Positions 31,558-42,406 of a stretch of DNA of 64,000 nucleotides are shown in pieces. Below the pieces are notes generated by a model. That model saw only the letters and a list, made by a program, of their open reading frames with translations. It did no database searches and was not told where the DNA came from. The stretch is taken from NCBI GenBank assembly GCA_000004985.1, contig GG738885.1, one strand, 5' to 3'. Made by a program: the position numbers and the translations under genes. Positions within the stretch are counted from its first letter, which is position 1, and each line of letters starts with the position of its first letter. The stretch comes from Naegleria gruberi (lineage: Eukaryota).

Positions 31558-31630
31558 GCCCGTCTAGCTCAGTCGGTAGAGCGCAAGGCTCTTAACCTTG
31601 TGGTCGTGGGTTCGACCCCCACGGTGGGCG
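31558..31630 (+). tRNA. tRNA-Lys (anticodon CTT)
   Basis: gcccgtctagctcagtcggtagagcgcaaggctCTTaaccttgtggtcgtgggttcgacccccacggtgggcg. It folds as a cloverleaf with A box (tagctcagtcggtaga), B box (ggttcgaccc) and a T-run downstream. Confidence 0.9.
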
Positions 31631-31763
31631 TTTCATATTTTAATATTTTTCGATTCATTTTCCTCCACCTTAATTCATATTTTAGGTCGACTCTCATTTT
31701 ATTATTTTAGTTTGTATCTCATTTGGCATTTAAGCAAACAGAAAGATTTATTGTTGATTTGAT

Positions 31764-33271
31764 TTACAATTTGTTGGAATTTTTTTCAACATATTCCTTA
31801 ACATGTTCTCTTGGTGTGAAATAAAGTGGATACTTTTCAGAATCAATATATAATAAGGATTGATCCAATGATGATGGTGGCATTTCATTTCCATTATCGT
31901 GAGATAATTTGAAATGTCTAATTGCATTGATAATTGCAAAATGAATTTCAGTAAGAGCAATTCTTGATCCTGGACATTTTCTAGCACCAACTCCAAATCT
32001 TTATCAAACAATTCATTCGATTATTGTAAATAACAACAGAAATATCCTATACTTACGGAACTGACACATAATTATTGACAGGTGCCAAATCAGATCCCTT
32101 CTCGTGACGTTCAGGAATAAATTCACTACCTCTAGGAATAAACTCATCTTTCAATGTTCCCCATCTTTGCATGGCAATCACAATCGTGTCCTTTGGCACA
32201 TTAAATCCTCCAATTTCAGTATCCTTACTCAATTGTCTTCCCATTGTAAGATAGGAAAATGAATTTAATCTCAAAACTTCTTCAATGAAATTCTTTGTAT
32301 GTTTCAATTTTTTGAATTGTTCCATTGTAATTTCAAGTCCATTTTCTAAAGTTAATTCATCAATTGTTGGTTGACCAAAAACTTCAACTGATTCCTGGAA
32401 AAGTTTTTCTTGATATTCTGAATGTTGAGCTAATCTGTATAAACTATTGTTGACCATTCTGACGGTAATGTCTGTACCGGCTTGTAAGAAGGTGATCATG
32501 ACATTTTCAACTCTTTCTTCTGGATATTCTTGATCTTTGGCTCTTTCTTCTAAAATTTCTAATAATCTTGGCTTTTCGGTTGGATTAGTTTTGAATCTCT
32601 TGATGCAATATCTGCCGTATTCCAATGATTTATCCCAGACATGTTCGAAATGTTTGTATTCTTGAGTTTTGAAATACTTGTAGAGAGGTGGTTTGTTATC
32701 TGAATAATTATTAGAATCGAATAGAACTTCAGAATGAAATCTTACCTAACAAAATGGCCAAATCAAGTCCAACAATTGAATATTTTACAAAATCACGAAG
32801 ATCGAATGGGAATGATTGAACTGTTTCATCAGTCAACTTGACTCCCTATTAATTTTCACCAAAATTCACACTTTCGAATAATACAACAAACAACAACTTA
32901 CAAGGAAAACCTTCAAAACAGCATCAAAGGCATATCTCGAAGTGGCTTCAAAGTTTTTGGCAAATTTGTACTTTTCACTTCCTTCCACTGGTTGCAAATG
33001 TTTAACTAATCTTCTCAACAATTCGCCATTCAATTCCATTATTACTATTATAATTATTACTTTGATGATATGGACATGATGTAAGAATTTCCTTAGATGC
33101 TTTGTTATTTTGCTCGGAAGATGTTTGGAAATATCTCATGTTAACATGAGCTTGCTTATTCATCACCTGTTTGCTCCCGATCATTGAGGATGATAAATTA
33201 GAGAGTAAACATGATGATGAGTGTTTCATCAAGACGACAGCAGCCAACTTGTTATTCTTCTTTAATAGCAT
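31764..33271 (-). CDS. Cytochrome P450, multi-exon (at least 4 exons; 5' end uncertain)
   Basis: Last exon (31764..31997) encodes FGVGARKCPGSRIALTEIHFAI..., the heme-binding FxxGxRxCxG. The preceding exon (~32064..32698) has the I-helix FLQAGTDITV, K-helix EEVLRL and PERH. Upstream exons of ~100 nt lie between GTAAGx donors and AG acceptors (introns ~32699-32745 and 32846-32901). The N-terminal exon(s) are not resolved. Confidence 0.65.
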
Positions 33272-33590
33272 GGTTGGGCTTTCACTTGTTTTTTTGGAGA
33301 ATATTTTGCCGCATCTCTTTTTGGTTGCACTATAGACTTGAAGAAGAGGAATGCGCTCTTAGTGCGCTTGGAGAATGAGGATTTGCGATTGTTTTCAAGT
33401 AAGGAGGATTTGCGATTCGGGGAGGACACTATATTTAAATGAATTGCATAATGTGTATTGAACTAGTTTTACAAAAATTTTTGGAAGTGTACTTTATTAA
33501 TGGTCAGCTTGTTCGCCTGGTTTTTGTGAATCCTCAAACAAAAAGTAACCAACTAGCATATTGAAAATAAATTGTGTGAATATTTTAAAG

Positions 33591-36500
33591 TTAAATGTAA
33601 TACTTACTGGCAAAAACTGGAATGTATGAAAATTTTCCACCAACAATACACAAATATAATTCTGCTGGAATCATACCACCTCCTCTTCTTCTACAATTAA
33701 CTTTACATTTAAAGCTCTTTCTAGGTGCTGGTGGTGTTTTCAAAACTCGACTCACATGAGCAACGATTTGAGGATAGGACTCTGGATGAACAACATCTTC
33801 CCACCTCTCCAAGTTATCGTACAAATCACTTGGATCGTAATTCAATTTGGTTAGGAGTGTTTTGTTCAAACTGATAATTCTTCCACCAGGGAACATGAGA
33901 ATAATACCAAAATCTGATGAATCCATTTCTTGCTTATTTTCCATGAGCATGACCAATTCTTGATATGAATCTTGAATAGCTGTTGGTTTGTTATTCTCTC
34001 CATAGGTTGGTGGTTCATCGTATTGCATTTTAATTATACCCTTAGATGCCAATTCAGAGAAACGATTTCTCAAATTTTCATTGATAGCTGAGAGCATGGC
34101 TGATTCATTGGCCTTTCTCAAATTTTCCTCTTTCAGTCTCTTATTTTCCTCTCTCAAGATTTCAATTTCCTTTTGAGCATCAGTTCCTGGCTCAGTTTCG
34201 TTAGAGGTGGAGAGTCTTTTAGCAGAGTCGTTCAATTTATGTTTCAATAAGACTGTAAAAAATTAATAAGAACAAAACTGGAAGAAATTAAACTTACGTG
34301 AAATTGGGAAATTTTGAGTTAAATACTCAATGTAGGTCATGTTAGCAGTTTCTGGATTCGAATCAAATTGTTTCAAATGACCAATAGATTCTTCAATCAT
34401 TTGTTTAGTGTCATCTCCAATCTGGAGTGATTTAATCATTTCCTCGTTACTCATCTTTATCAATTTTTCGAAAATTTCCTCATCTTGTTTTGAAGAACTA
34501 GCTGGTTTTTGATTGGTATCTTCACAATCTTCTATTTGTACATCGTCATTGTTATTTACATTGCTATTATTTTGAGATCTCATCTTGTCGGCTTGTTGCT
34601 CTTCAGTAGCGTTAGAATGAGAAATTGGCATCATGTGACCCACTTCATTATGAATTTCATTTTCATCCATTTCAACAATTGATGCAAACAGTGGACTTTG
34701 AGGTGAGAATCTCAAAAATTCATCATTGGTAAAATCAATCAGAGGTGAAGCTGCTCCTCCAGGTGAAATTAATTGCTGTTGATGGAGTTGTTGTTGATGT
34801 TGTTGATTTTGAATTTTCAAGTTATTTAGTGCATTCATATGTTGTTGATGTTGATGCAAGAGAGCTTCATCAACATGCAACGAATAGGGTGTTCCAAAAA
34901 GACTCTGATTATTTTGATAATCGTAGGCAGAATTCAAATTATTGCAATGAAGGTAGAATGTATCAACTGGCGTCCTCATTAAAATTTGTGTCAATTGTTG
35001 AATTTCAGGAGGTTGATTGAGAAGGAATGGAAGTGACAATGGATGATTATCTCTGTTAGGGAAAATTACGTTACCTGCAGTGAGCATGGCTCCAGGAGTT
35101 TTTAATTCTGATTCTGTCAATTGAAGAGGTAAATTATTTACAAGATTAGGATTAATCATTTGTTGTTGAGTAGGAGGAATTCTTTGATTGGCTTGACCTT
35201 GAGTAGCTTGTTCTGGTTCAGTTTTTGGTTGAGTTGTTGTTGAAGATGAAGCAGTAGCTGTTGGTTTTTCCTTCTTCTTTTTAGGTGAAGATGCCTTCTT
35301 CTTCTTTTTCTTTTTTTCATTCTTCTCAGTAGTTGCTGTTGCTGTAGAAGATGAAGCAGCATTAATAGTGGTAGCTGTATTATTATTAGTTGATGATGAT
35401 GGTTCAACTGCATTTGATGATGTTTGTGATGATTGTGGTTTTTCAGTAGGAACATCATCCAAATCTTCATCATTATCATCTTCTCCAGATTTCTTTTTTC
35501 TTCCTCTCTTCTTTCCGACTTGATCTTGACATTCCAATCCGTGAGCTAAGCATCTAGAACAAGGTCTCTTGTCTTCACAACAAGCATGTCTAATTTTGGT
35601 GATTGTGAAATTATAATTTTTGATGAAATAATATATGATTATTATAACAAACATTGGATAAACGGTTAAATGGATAAGATGCACAATAAGAAGTGAAACT
35701 TACGCCTTTCTGCAGCTTACACAAGCCAATTTAGCAACTCTTCTAGGTCTCTTCATCATGTTGGACATTTCCTTCTGCATGTTGGCCATATTACTGTTTG
35801 ATGCTTCTTTAGTCTTATCAGAATTATTGGAAGAAGAACCATTTGAATCTGTCTTGCCAGTTATTGTTGAATTATTATTATTTGATGGTGGTACAGGAGG
35901 TGCATCTTGGTCATTCAATGATGAAGAATTAAATTCATTAATTGGCAATTCGTGATGACTAATATTCTTCAATGTATTCAATTTAGATAAATTGTTTAAA
36001 CTTGATGAGGATGGAATTGTTCCACCACTAGCCATTAAACCACCACCAGTAGCTAGTTCCACGAACATGATTAAACGACAATTGTTGATCCATTAAACCA
36101 CCAGAATTAGCAATATTTGTGCTTGCCTGAAGGTGATGTAAATTACTCAATGATGGATGAGAAAGGAGAGAATTGGTATGACTCGTCTGTTGAGAGATAT
36201 TGGATGATGATAAATTATTATTTTGACTTAGATTTGGATAGGATGATGCAGCAGCAGACATTAAGTGATGAAGTTGTTGTTGTTGATTTTGCTGATGAGA
36301 GGATAATAAATTATTAGTTGTTATTGTTGCTCCTCCAGCATTCGTTTGGGATGGTTGCGTTGGCAAATGATTGCCATAGTGATGCTGCTGCTGATGATGT
36401 TGATGTTGTCCTAGTCCGTAATAACCTGCTGTGCCATTCAACAAGGGATGTTGATGATTAGTCAGTAAATTCCCAGAAGAATTGATCAAATGCAAATTAT

Positions 36501-36654
36501 TATAAGATTCCAATCGAGGAGGAAGTACACCTCCACCACTGCTACTACCATTACCACTCAATGGTTGTCCAATAACTCCCACCGATGATGAAGCACTAAA
36601 ATCATTGCCAGGTATCGCTGATGATGAATTATTCATATTGTTGGGATTGTTCAT
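33591..36654 (-). CDS. Zn(II)2Cys6 (Gal4-type) zinc-cluster transcription factor with Q/N/H-rich regions, leucine-zipper-like coiled coil and PAS-like C-terminal region; multi-exon
   Basis: Exon ...KRPRRVAKLACVSCRKA ends at a GTAAGT donor (~35703). Acceptor ...aaaattag at ~35600 then gives AHACCEDKRPCSRCLAHGLECQ, i.e. C-x2-C-x6-C-x6-C-x2-C-x6-C. A further intron (donor after ...NFPIS at ~34290, acceptor ttttacag at ~34248) links to the 33591..34247 ORF (EIEILREENKRLKEENLRK..., then a PAS-like FGIILMFPGGRIISLNKTLLTKLNYDPSDL). The upstream ORF 36028..36654 is offset by +1 in a short overlap (36028-36068). Confidence 0.6.
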
Positions 36655-37024
36655 TTTATTTTGCTGTATCGAGATTTTGATGAGGAAAGAAATAATAGAT
36701 CATGCCAAAGAGTGTGCTAGATTGGAAAATCTCTCTGTGATCAAGACAGAGGGATGGTGGTTGATGAAGAAGAGGTTGTTGTTGTTATCGTTGTTGATTG
36801 TATTCCTTGAGATCAAAGGATTTTTTGGGCGTGAATATTTTTTTTCCTGAGCCGGAAAATTATCTTCATGTTCAAAGTCTAGATTCAAAACCCATTAAAA
36901 TTATTGAGCAGTCATAATAATTAAATATAATATTTAATAGTATTAATCAAATTACTTTTCAAAGTTGTTGAATGAATTAAATATAATAAAAATATCTTTT
37001 TAAAAATAAATAAATTTAAAAAAA

Positions 37025-37915
37025 ATGAGTCAAGATCGTTTCAAAGGGATTGGTAGTAATAGTAGCAATAATTTAACTGGAAATACACCAACCAAGTCTG
37101 ATAGTAGTACTCTGTATATTCCTCCACATTTGAGAAGTAATTCTACAGATTATGATGATCACTCCGATAGAATTCCTTCAGTTTCATCGGATATGGATGA
37201 GGATCAACAACAACAATATTATTATTATCATCGTAGATCATCGATGGATCAAGCTGGCGGAGCTCATCCAAATGTTCATTCTCAACCTCCAATTATTAAA
37301 TCAAAACAACAAATTATTGACTATATGAATCAACATAAAATTGCTTCAATTTTAAAAACCAAGTTGAATGAAGCTTTCCAACAACAAAGTCTAGATCCAA
37401 TTGAATATATTTTCCGTACCAAGAGAGTGGTACAACATGAAATTTTAATTCAACAAAGACAATCACAAATGAAGGAAATGGATATTAAACATGATGAAGT
37501 TTTAAGCTCAATACAACAAAGTAAGGAATCAATGAAGCAAGAATATGAAAAATTGGAAAAGGATCACTTGCAAGAAATTTCCACATTAAAAGCAGAAATT
37601 GAACAATTGAAAATTCAAGCTGCTCAAGTTGAAAATCAACCTGAAAGTCAAGAAAGTTTGTTGTTAGAAAAGACTTTGGAACAATTAAAGACAGAAAATG
37701 AGGAATTGGAAAAGGAAAATCAATCTTTATTGAAACGTATCAAGGAATCATCAAATAATACTACCACTACTACTGTACATCAACATTCACATGAACAAGT
37801 TACATCAAATACCATACCAGAAGAAACTCAAGAAGAACCTGTAGATATACCTTCAACAACAACAACAGAAAATGCTGTGGAAGATGATTCAGCTGATCCT
37901 TTTGCCACTGAATAA
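37025..37915 (+). CDS. Coiled-coil protein with possible RIIa-like dimerisation/docking motif
   Basis: IIDYMNQHKIASILKTKLNEAFQQQSLDPIEYIF is followed by ~120 aa of heptad-rich E/K/Q sequence and an acidic tail. Confidence 0.5.
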   Translation: MSQDRFKGIGSNSSNNLTGNTPTKSDSSTLYIPPHLRSNSTDYDDHSDRIPSVSSDMDEDQQQQYYYYHRRSSMDQAGGAHPNVHSQPPIIKSKQQIIDYMNQHKIASILKTKLNEAFQQQSLDPIEYIFRTKRVVQHEILIQQRQSQMKEMDIKHDEVLSSIQQSKESMKQEYEKLEKDHLQEISTLKAEIEQLKIQAAQVENQPESQESLLLEKTLEQLKTENEELEKENQSLLKRIKESSNNTTTTTVHQHSHEQVTSNTIPEETQEEPVDIPSTTTTENAVEDDSADPFATE

Positions 37916-38008
37916 AAATAGAGAGAAATTAATTTATTTTAAAGTCAGTCATTCACATTGATAATATTAAAAATTTTGATTTTAATTTACTAAATTGAAT
38001 ATATACAT

Positions 38009-39469
38009 TTATGGTTGTTGAGTAGTTTTCACAGATTGTACATTTGCAAGCATTTCCTTACAGAGCTCAGAGCTTTCGAATTGTAAATAGAGAGGAAACA
38101 CCATTGTACTAATCACATCCTTCTCCAAAGAATCGAACAAATCTTCCACATATCCTTCTTCCTCTATTCTCTTCTTTGCTGCATTAATTAGCTTTTTACT
38201 GGTATTCACCTCAAACACAGCATTATCCTCTAAAAAGGTATCGAAAATATACGAGGCCTTGACATGATGTTCTGGAATGATAATTTCTGAAGGCGGAATG
38301 AAGATGGTAATATCGCACGATTCATCCACAGCAAGATTTGATCCTGATTTCTTAATCAGATCGGAATTGTAGGTGAATTTCTTACAGGCCTTACATAAAA
38401 TCTTGTACTGAGCTATTTCTTCAATAAATATTGCCAATTCCAAACTGAAAATATTAGAGAGATAGGCTTTAAAGTATCTTCTCATTGTAGAATTTTCCAA
38501 AACTTCCTGTACAGTCAACTTATCTGATCCAACAGAGGCAATACTCACTCTTCCCTCCTCCACTTCTTCCTGCTGGAGAGTTTGTTCGATATTGAGAATG
38601 GATCTGGTTTTTCTAGCAGTTTGGAAAATGAAAAACATGTCAGGGAATAATTTCTTCAAATCATTCAAATATTGATCTGGTGATTGTTCTACTTCTGAAA
38701 CCAAATTGCTCGTCTCTGAACTGGCCTTTCCCAAATTGAAAATAAATTTACCATAATCAGGTCTTTCAGATAAATCCTTATAGAAATAACTAGTTTCGAA
38801 TGAACCATGACTAATAATATGCATTGTAAACAATGAAAACATATCCATATGTCTAATATCTTTCAATGAAGGTAATCTCAATTTCTTATCTTCCTTAAAC
38901 ATGAATTTCAGAATGGTTGGAAGTGCCAATGCATGTCTCACTAAACTTGCCTTTGGAACCATTAATAAACCATGTTTGATAGAGTTTGAGATTTTACAAT
39001 GCAAGAGATTGGTTCCTTTCATTGATTTTACGCACTTTTCATTGTTTTCTTGATGGCAAATCACTGGAACAACGTTCATCATTAAGAAACTGCTCAAATA
39101 ATTACTAATTGATGTGATGACATGTTGACACATGGGACAGCCGAACCATTTAATGACAATGAGGAGTACTCTGTGTTTTTCACTCAATCTGAGAACAGAA
39201 TGTCCACTTGGATGGACAATCATCTCTTCCAAAACATTCAAAATGTCAAAAGTTGCTGAGGCGTTTGACATGACCGTGTCAGCACTCTTGGAAATATCGG
39301 ATGAAGCATCTATTGTATTTCTTCTATTACATGTTTGTTCTCCAGCTAAATCTTGAGACAGGGAAACTTCGTCCTTGCTATGTCTTTTTAAATTTGATTG
39401 GGTGCCAACTGTCAAAAATCTAACGCTATTTGTTTTCTTTGAAGATGAAGCGGAGTTGGTATCACTCAT
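38009..39469 (-). CDS. Thioredoxin-fold (CxxC, AhpC/TSA- or PRXL2-like) domain + RGS-like domain protein
   Basis: N-terminal half has ...RVLLIVIKWFGCPMCQHVITSIS..., a WxxC(P)xC in a beta-alpha context. The C-terminal half is RGS-like (MRRYFKAYLSNIFSLELAIFIEEIAQYKIL...IPEHHVKASYIFDTFLEDNAVFEVN...FDSLEKDVISTMVFPLYLQF). Confidence 0.55.
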   Translation of the reverse strand: MSDTNSASSSKKTNSVRFLTVGTQSNLKRHSKDEVSLSQDLAGEQTCNRRNTIDASSDISKSADTVMSNASATFDILNVLEEMIVHPSGHSVLRLSEKHRVLLIVIKWFGCPMCQHVITSISNYLSSFLMMNVVPVICHQENNEKCVKSMKGTNLLHCKISNSIKHGLLMVPKASLVRHALALPTILKFMFKEDKKLRLPSLKDIRHMDMFSLFTMHIISHGSFETSYFYKDLSERPDYGKFIFNLGKASSETSNLVSEVEQSPDQYLNDLKKLFPDMFFIFQTARKTRSILNIEQTLQQEEVEEGRVSIASVGSDKLTVQEVLENSTMRRYFKAYLSNIFSLELAIFIEEIAQYKILCKACKKFTYNSDLIKKSGSNLAVDESCDITIFIPPSEIIIPEHHVKASYIFDTFLEDNAVFEVNTSKKLINAAKKRIEEEGYVEDLFDSLEKDVISTMVFPLYLQFESSELCKEMLANVQSVKTTQQP

Positions 39470-39959
39470 TGTTTTTTTATTGAAGCAAAATGAAAAGTCA
39501 GAAACTATACTTGACAGATGAACTCGAAATATTGACCTTGCGATTGCTGACAGAAGGGGAAAAATGTGGTAAGTAGAATTGAAAGCTGGACAAATTGGAG
39601 CGAAAAAAGAAATATTTGCAGTTTTAAATGAAATGTAGTCAGTGAATATTCCATGAGGTGGTGAAATAGCTGTTATTGACCCTCCTGCCAGGCAATAAGA
39701 GGAAGATTGTGATGTTAGGAATTACATGTCTCTAATAAACATTGGTTCAATGCCAGATCGTGAGATGAAAATTTTAAGGATTTGGCAATTATTGAATAAA
39801 GACTGATGTTATTTGAAAAGTTGTTTTGCCAAATTGCTTAAAATCATGTGCGAAGCCAATCTCCAGACGTGGCATCTTGTTGAATTGTCAAATACCAAGA
39901 CAAGGGAAAAACAAGTACTGATTTTTCAAACGCTATTTATTTTAAAAGTTTATGTGAAA

Positions 39960-40030
39960 TCGGGTGTGGTATAGTGGTAGCATTCCAGACTGTCACTCTG
40001 GCGACCCGGGTTCAATTCCCGGCACTCGAG
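39960..40030 (+). tRNA. tRNA-Asp (anticodon GTC)
   Basis: tcgggtgtggtatagtggtagcattccagactGTCactctggcgacccgggttcaattcccggcactcgag. U1 as in eukaryotic tRNA-Asp. Anticodon stem ccaga/tctgg. B box ggttcaattcc. Confidence 0.8.
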
Positions 40031-40201
40031 ATTAATTTTTGATGACATATCCAAATATTTTAATTTTGTTTTTTAAACATATGAGGAATGATACGTAATC
40101 TACCTAACCATCAATTTTTAAAGTTTCATCTCTTAAAACCACCGAGAAAATAATCAAAGATTCCAACTCTCATTTTCCTCTAACACTATTCAACATGTGG
40201 G

Positions 40202-42104
40202 TTGGTTTTTAAAAATAGGAAATTAAAAAAAATGAAAAGAAGTAATCAAACGATTGACTCAGTTGACAATGCCGATCATCACAAAAAGATTAAATTATCA
40301 ACATCCGATCAAGTAAATACATATTCCTTGTCTGATTTGACTCGGGATGAATGGACTGTGATTATTCAATATTTACCCACCGGAGGAGTGTTAATGTTGG
40401 CCATGACTTGCAAAGATAATTATGAATGGACAATGGAATATATTAAAAACGTTATTTGCAAGTATTATGTGAAAGAACATCCTAAAAAGTATTCCAGAAA
40501 CGTAACAATCAAAGAATGGTCAATAGTGAATGCATTGAGGTTTGTTTTCATTTTGGAAAATTAAATAATTGTTGGAAAGACAAATGGAAAGGCTTTGGGT
40601 GGGAAATTTGAATTTGGATCCAATTACAGAGATTCTAAAAGAAATAGCAAAAAGAAATGGATCAATTAAAGAGTTGTCAAGCTTTCTCAAATTAGATTAT
40701 GATTATGAATCTGTATTTGAATTATTGAATATAAGAAAAGAAAGCCCAACTCCAGTTCAAGTCGAAACTCTTAGTGTCAAACTACCAGATACAAATATAG
40801 GAAGACATATTTATGAGGCATTGGAGAGTCAAAAATTTATCAACACTATTGAATCAGAACTAATTGGTTATGGATTGAAGGCTGCAGAAATTGAAATGAC
40901 ATTAACCAGATCTAAATTTTTCAAAATTCTAACAAAATTGAAAGATATAGAGATTTTGCACCTCAACATTGATCAGGAATACGAATACACAATGGGTGGT
41001 ATGGGTGGAAGGGGAAAAGGAGGAATTCGTAGGCCTATTATTGATAAAATTAATGATGATGGAAAGGAAGCATTTGACGAAACTTTTGCCTACATACCTA
41101 TATTTTACAATCTAAAGACATTAAGAATAGACAAGTACTTTGATGAAAATACTGACTATATTTTTGAGATACTTGGATTGTTTCCTAACCTGGAACATTT
41201 CCATTTGATTACTTCTACAGCTATTGACGATGATCACTTAGAATTAATTTGCAAATTCTGTCCAAAATTGAAAACTCTTGATATTGCTGACGATAATGAG
41301 GCATTAAGCATCACAGATGAAGGTCTGTTAAAATTCTTAGAAAAACAAACAAGCATTGAAATAATAGATTTAGAACCTATGCCATATATTACTGGTGCTG
41401 TATTGAAAAAACTTGGAGACTTCCCAACATTGAAAAAGTTTGCAGTACAACGAACTGTTTGGTGTGAGGGTGGATACGAAGTGCAAGACAACGATGTCTA
41501 TTTTGGAGGAAATCCAAATCCAAAATTGGAATATATAGATATTGGTTCTGGGTATACTTTTAATGAGGAACAATACGAAAAATTATTTACCTCTTTGAAA
41601 ACTGTTGCACCAAATTTAAAAAGCTTTGGACAATTTGGAGAATTAGAATCCAAAAAGATTGTAGAATTATATATCAACACTTTGGAAGAATTGGAAATCA
41701 ATTTAGGCACATTCGATTTAATTCAATCATGTACCAATTTGAAAAAAGTAATATTGGATAGTGTATTGGATAAACAAGACAAGATTGTATGTAACTTGAA
41801 TGTAACTGAACTGGTTGATTATTGTTACAGTCATGAAATGTATCCAATTCTCACAGAATCATTTCCCAACTTGAAAGTTATTGAAGGCGCTCATTTCGGT
41901 CTCTTCAATTTTTTACTAGAAAACATTAATTGCTGGCCACAACTTGAATTTCTAAATGTACAAACTGAGCCTAAATTCGAACTATTAGAAACTCTAATGT
42001 CTCAAAGGCCAAAGCTTGCTATTGTAATAGAGGAAGATATGCCATTGTCACCACAAGCATTCTACTATCAATGGTTGGTCAGGGATTGTCTAAAAAAGAG
42101 ATAG
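40202..42104 (+). CDS. F-box-like + leucine-rich-repeat (cysteine-containing LRR) protein; two abutting ORFs (40202..40564, 40569..42104) with unresolved +1 junction
   Basis: N-terminal LSDLTRDEWTVIIQYLPTGGVLMLAMTCKDNYEWT is F-box-like. The downstream ORF has repeated L..L..L.L..C..ITD units (FPNLEHFHLITSTAIDDDHLELICKFCPKLKTLDIAD...). The ORF track starts the second ORF at a TTG. The first in-frame ATG is at ~40584. Confidence 0.5.
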
Positions 42105-42406
42105 TTTATTAAGGCAATCATCATTAACAAAGAATAAAAAGACTACAGCACCACAGGTTCCCAAGTTGTCTCCAACCTCAGTACTGATGTGGCTCGACGA
42201 TGCTTAACTTCTCAAATCGGACGGGATGAGGTGCATTCATCGTGGTATGGCCGTAGCCATTCATAATCATAATACAATGATAATAAGGAATATTAAAAAT
42301 AGCCATGCAATACCTTAAATTGCGAAATATTAACTTCATGCTGTTTTGAAATTGTCTCTTACCTATTATTGAAAAACATGATTGCTGAATCGTACATGAA
42401 TAACAT

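Noticed and set aside
35156-35479. 107-aa H/Q/K-rich minus-strand ORF
   Set aside because: It is an alternative frame of the Q/N/S-rich coding region of the Zn2Cys6 gene (CAA/CAG-rich DNA is open in several frames).
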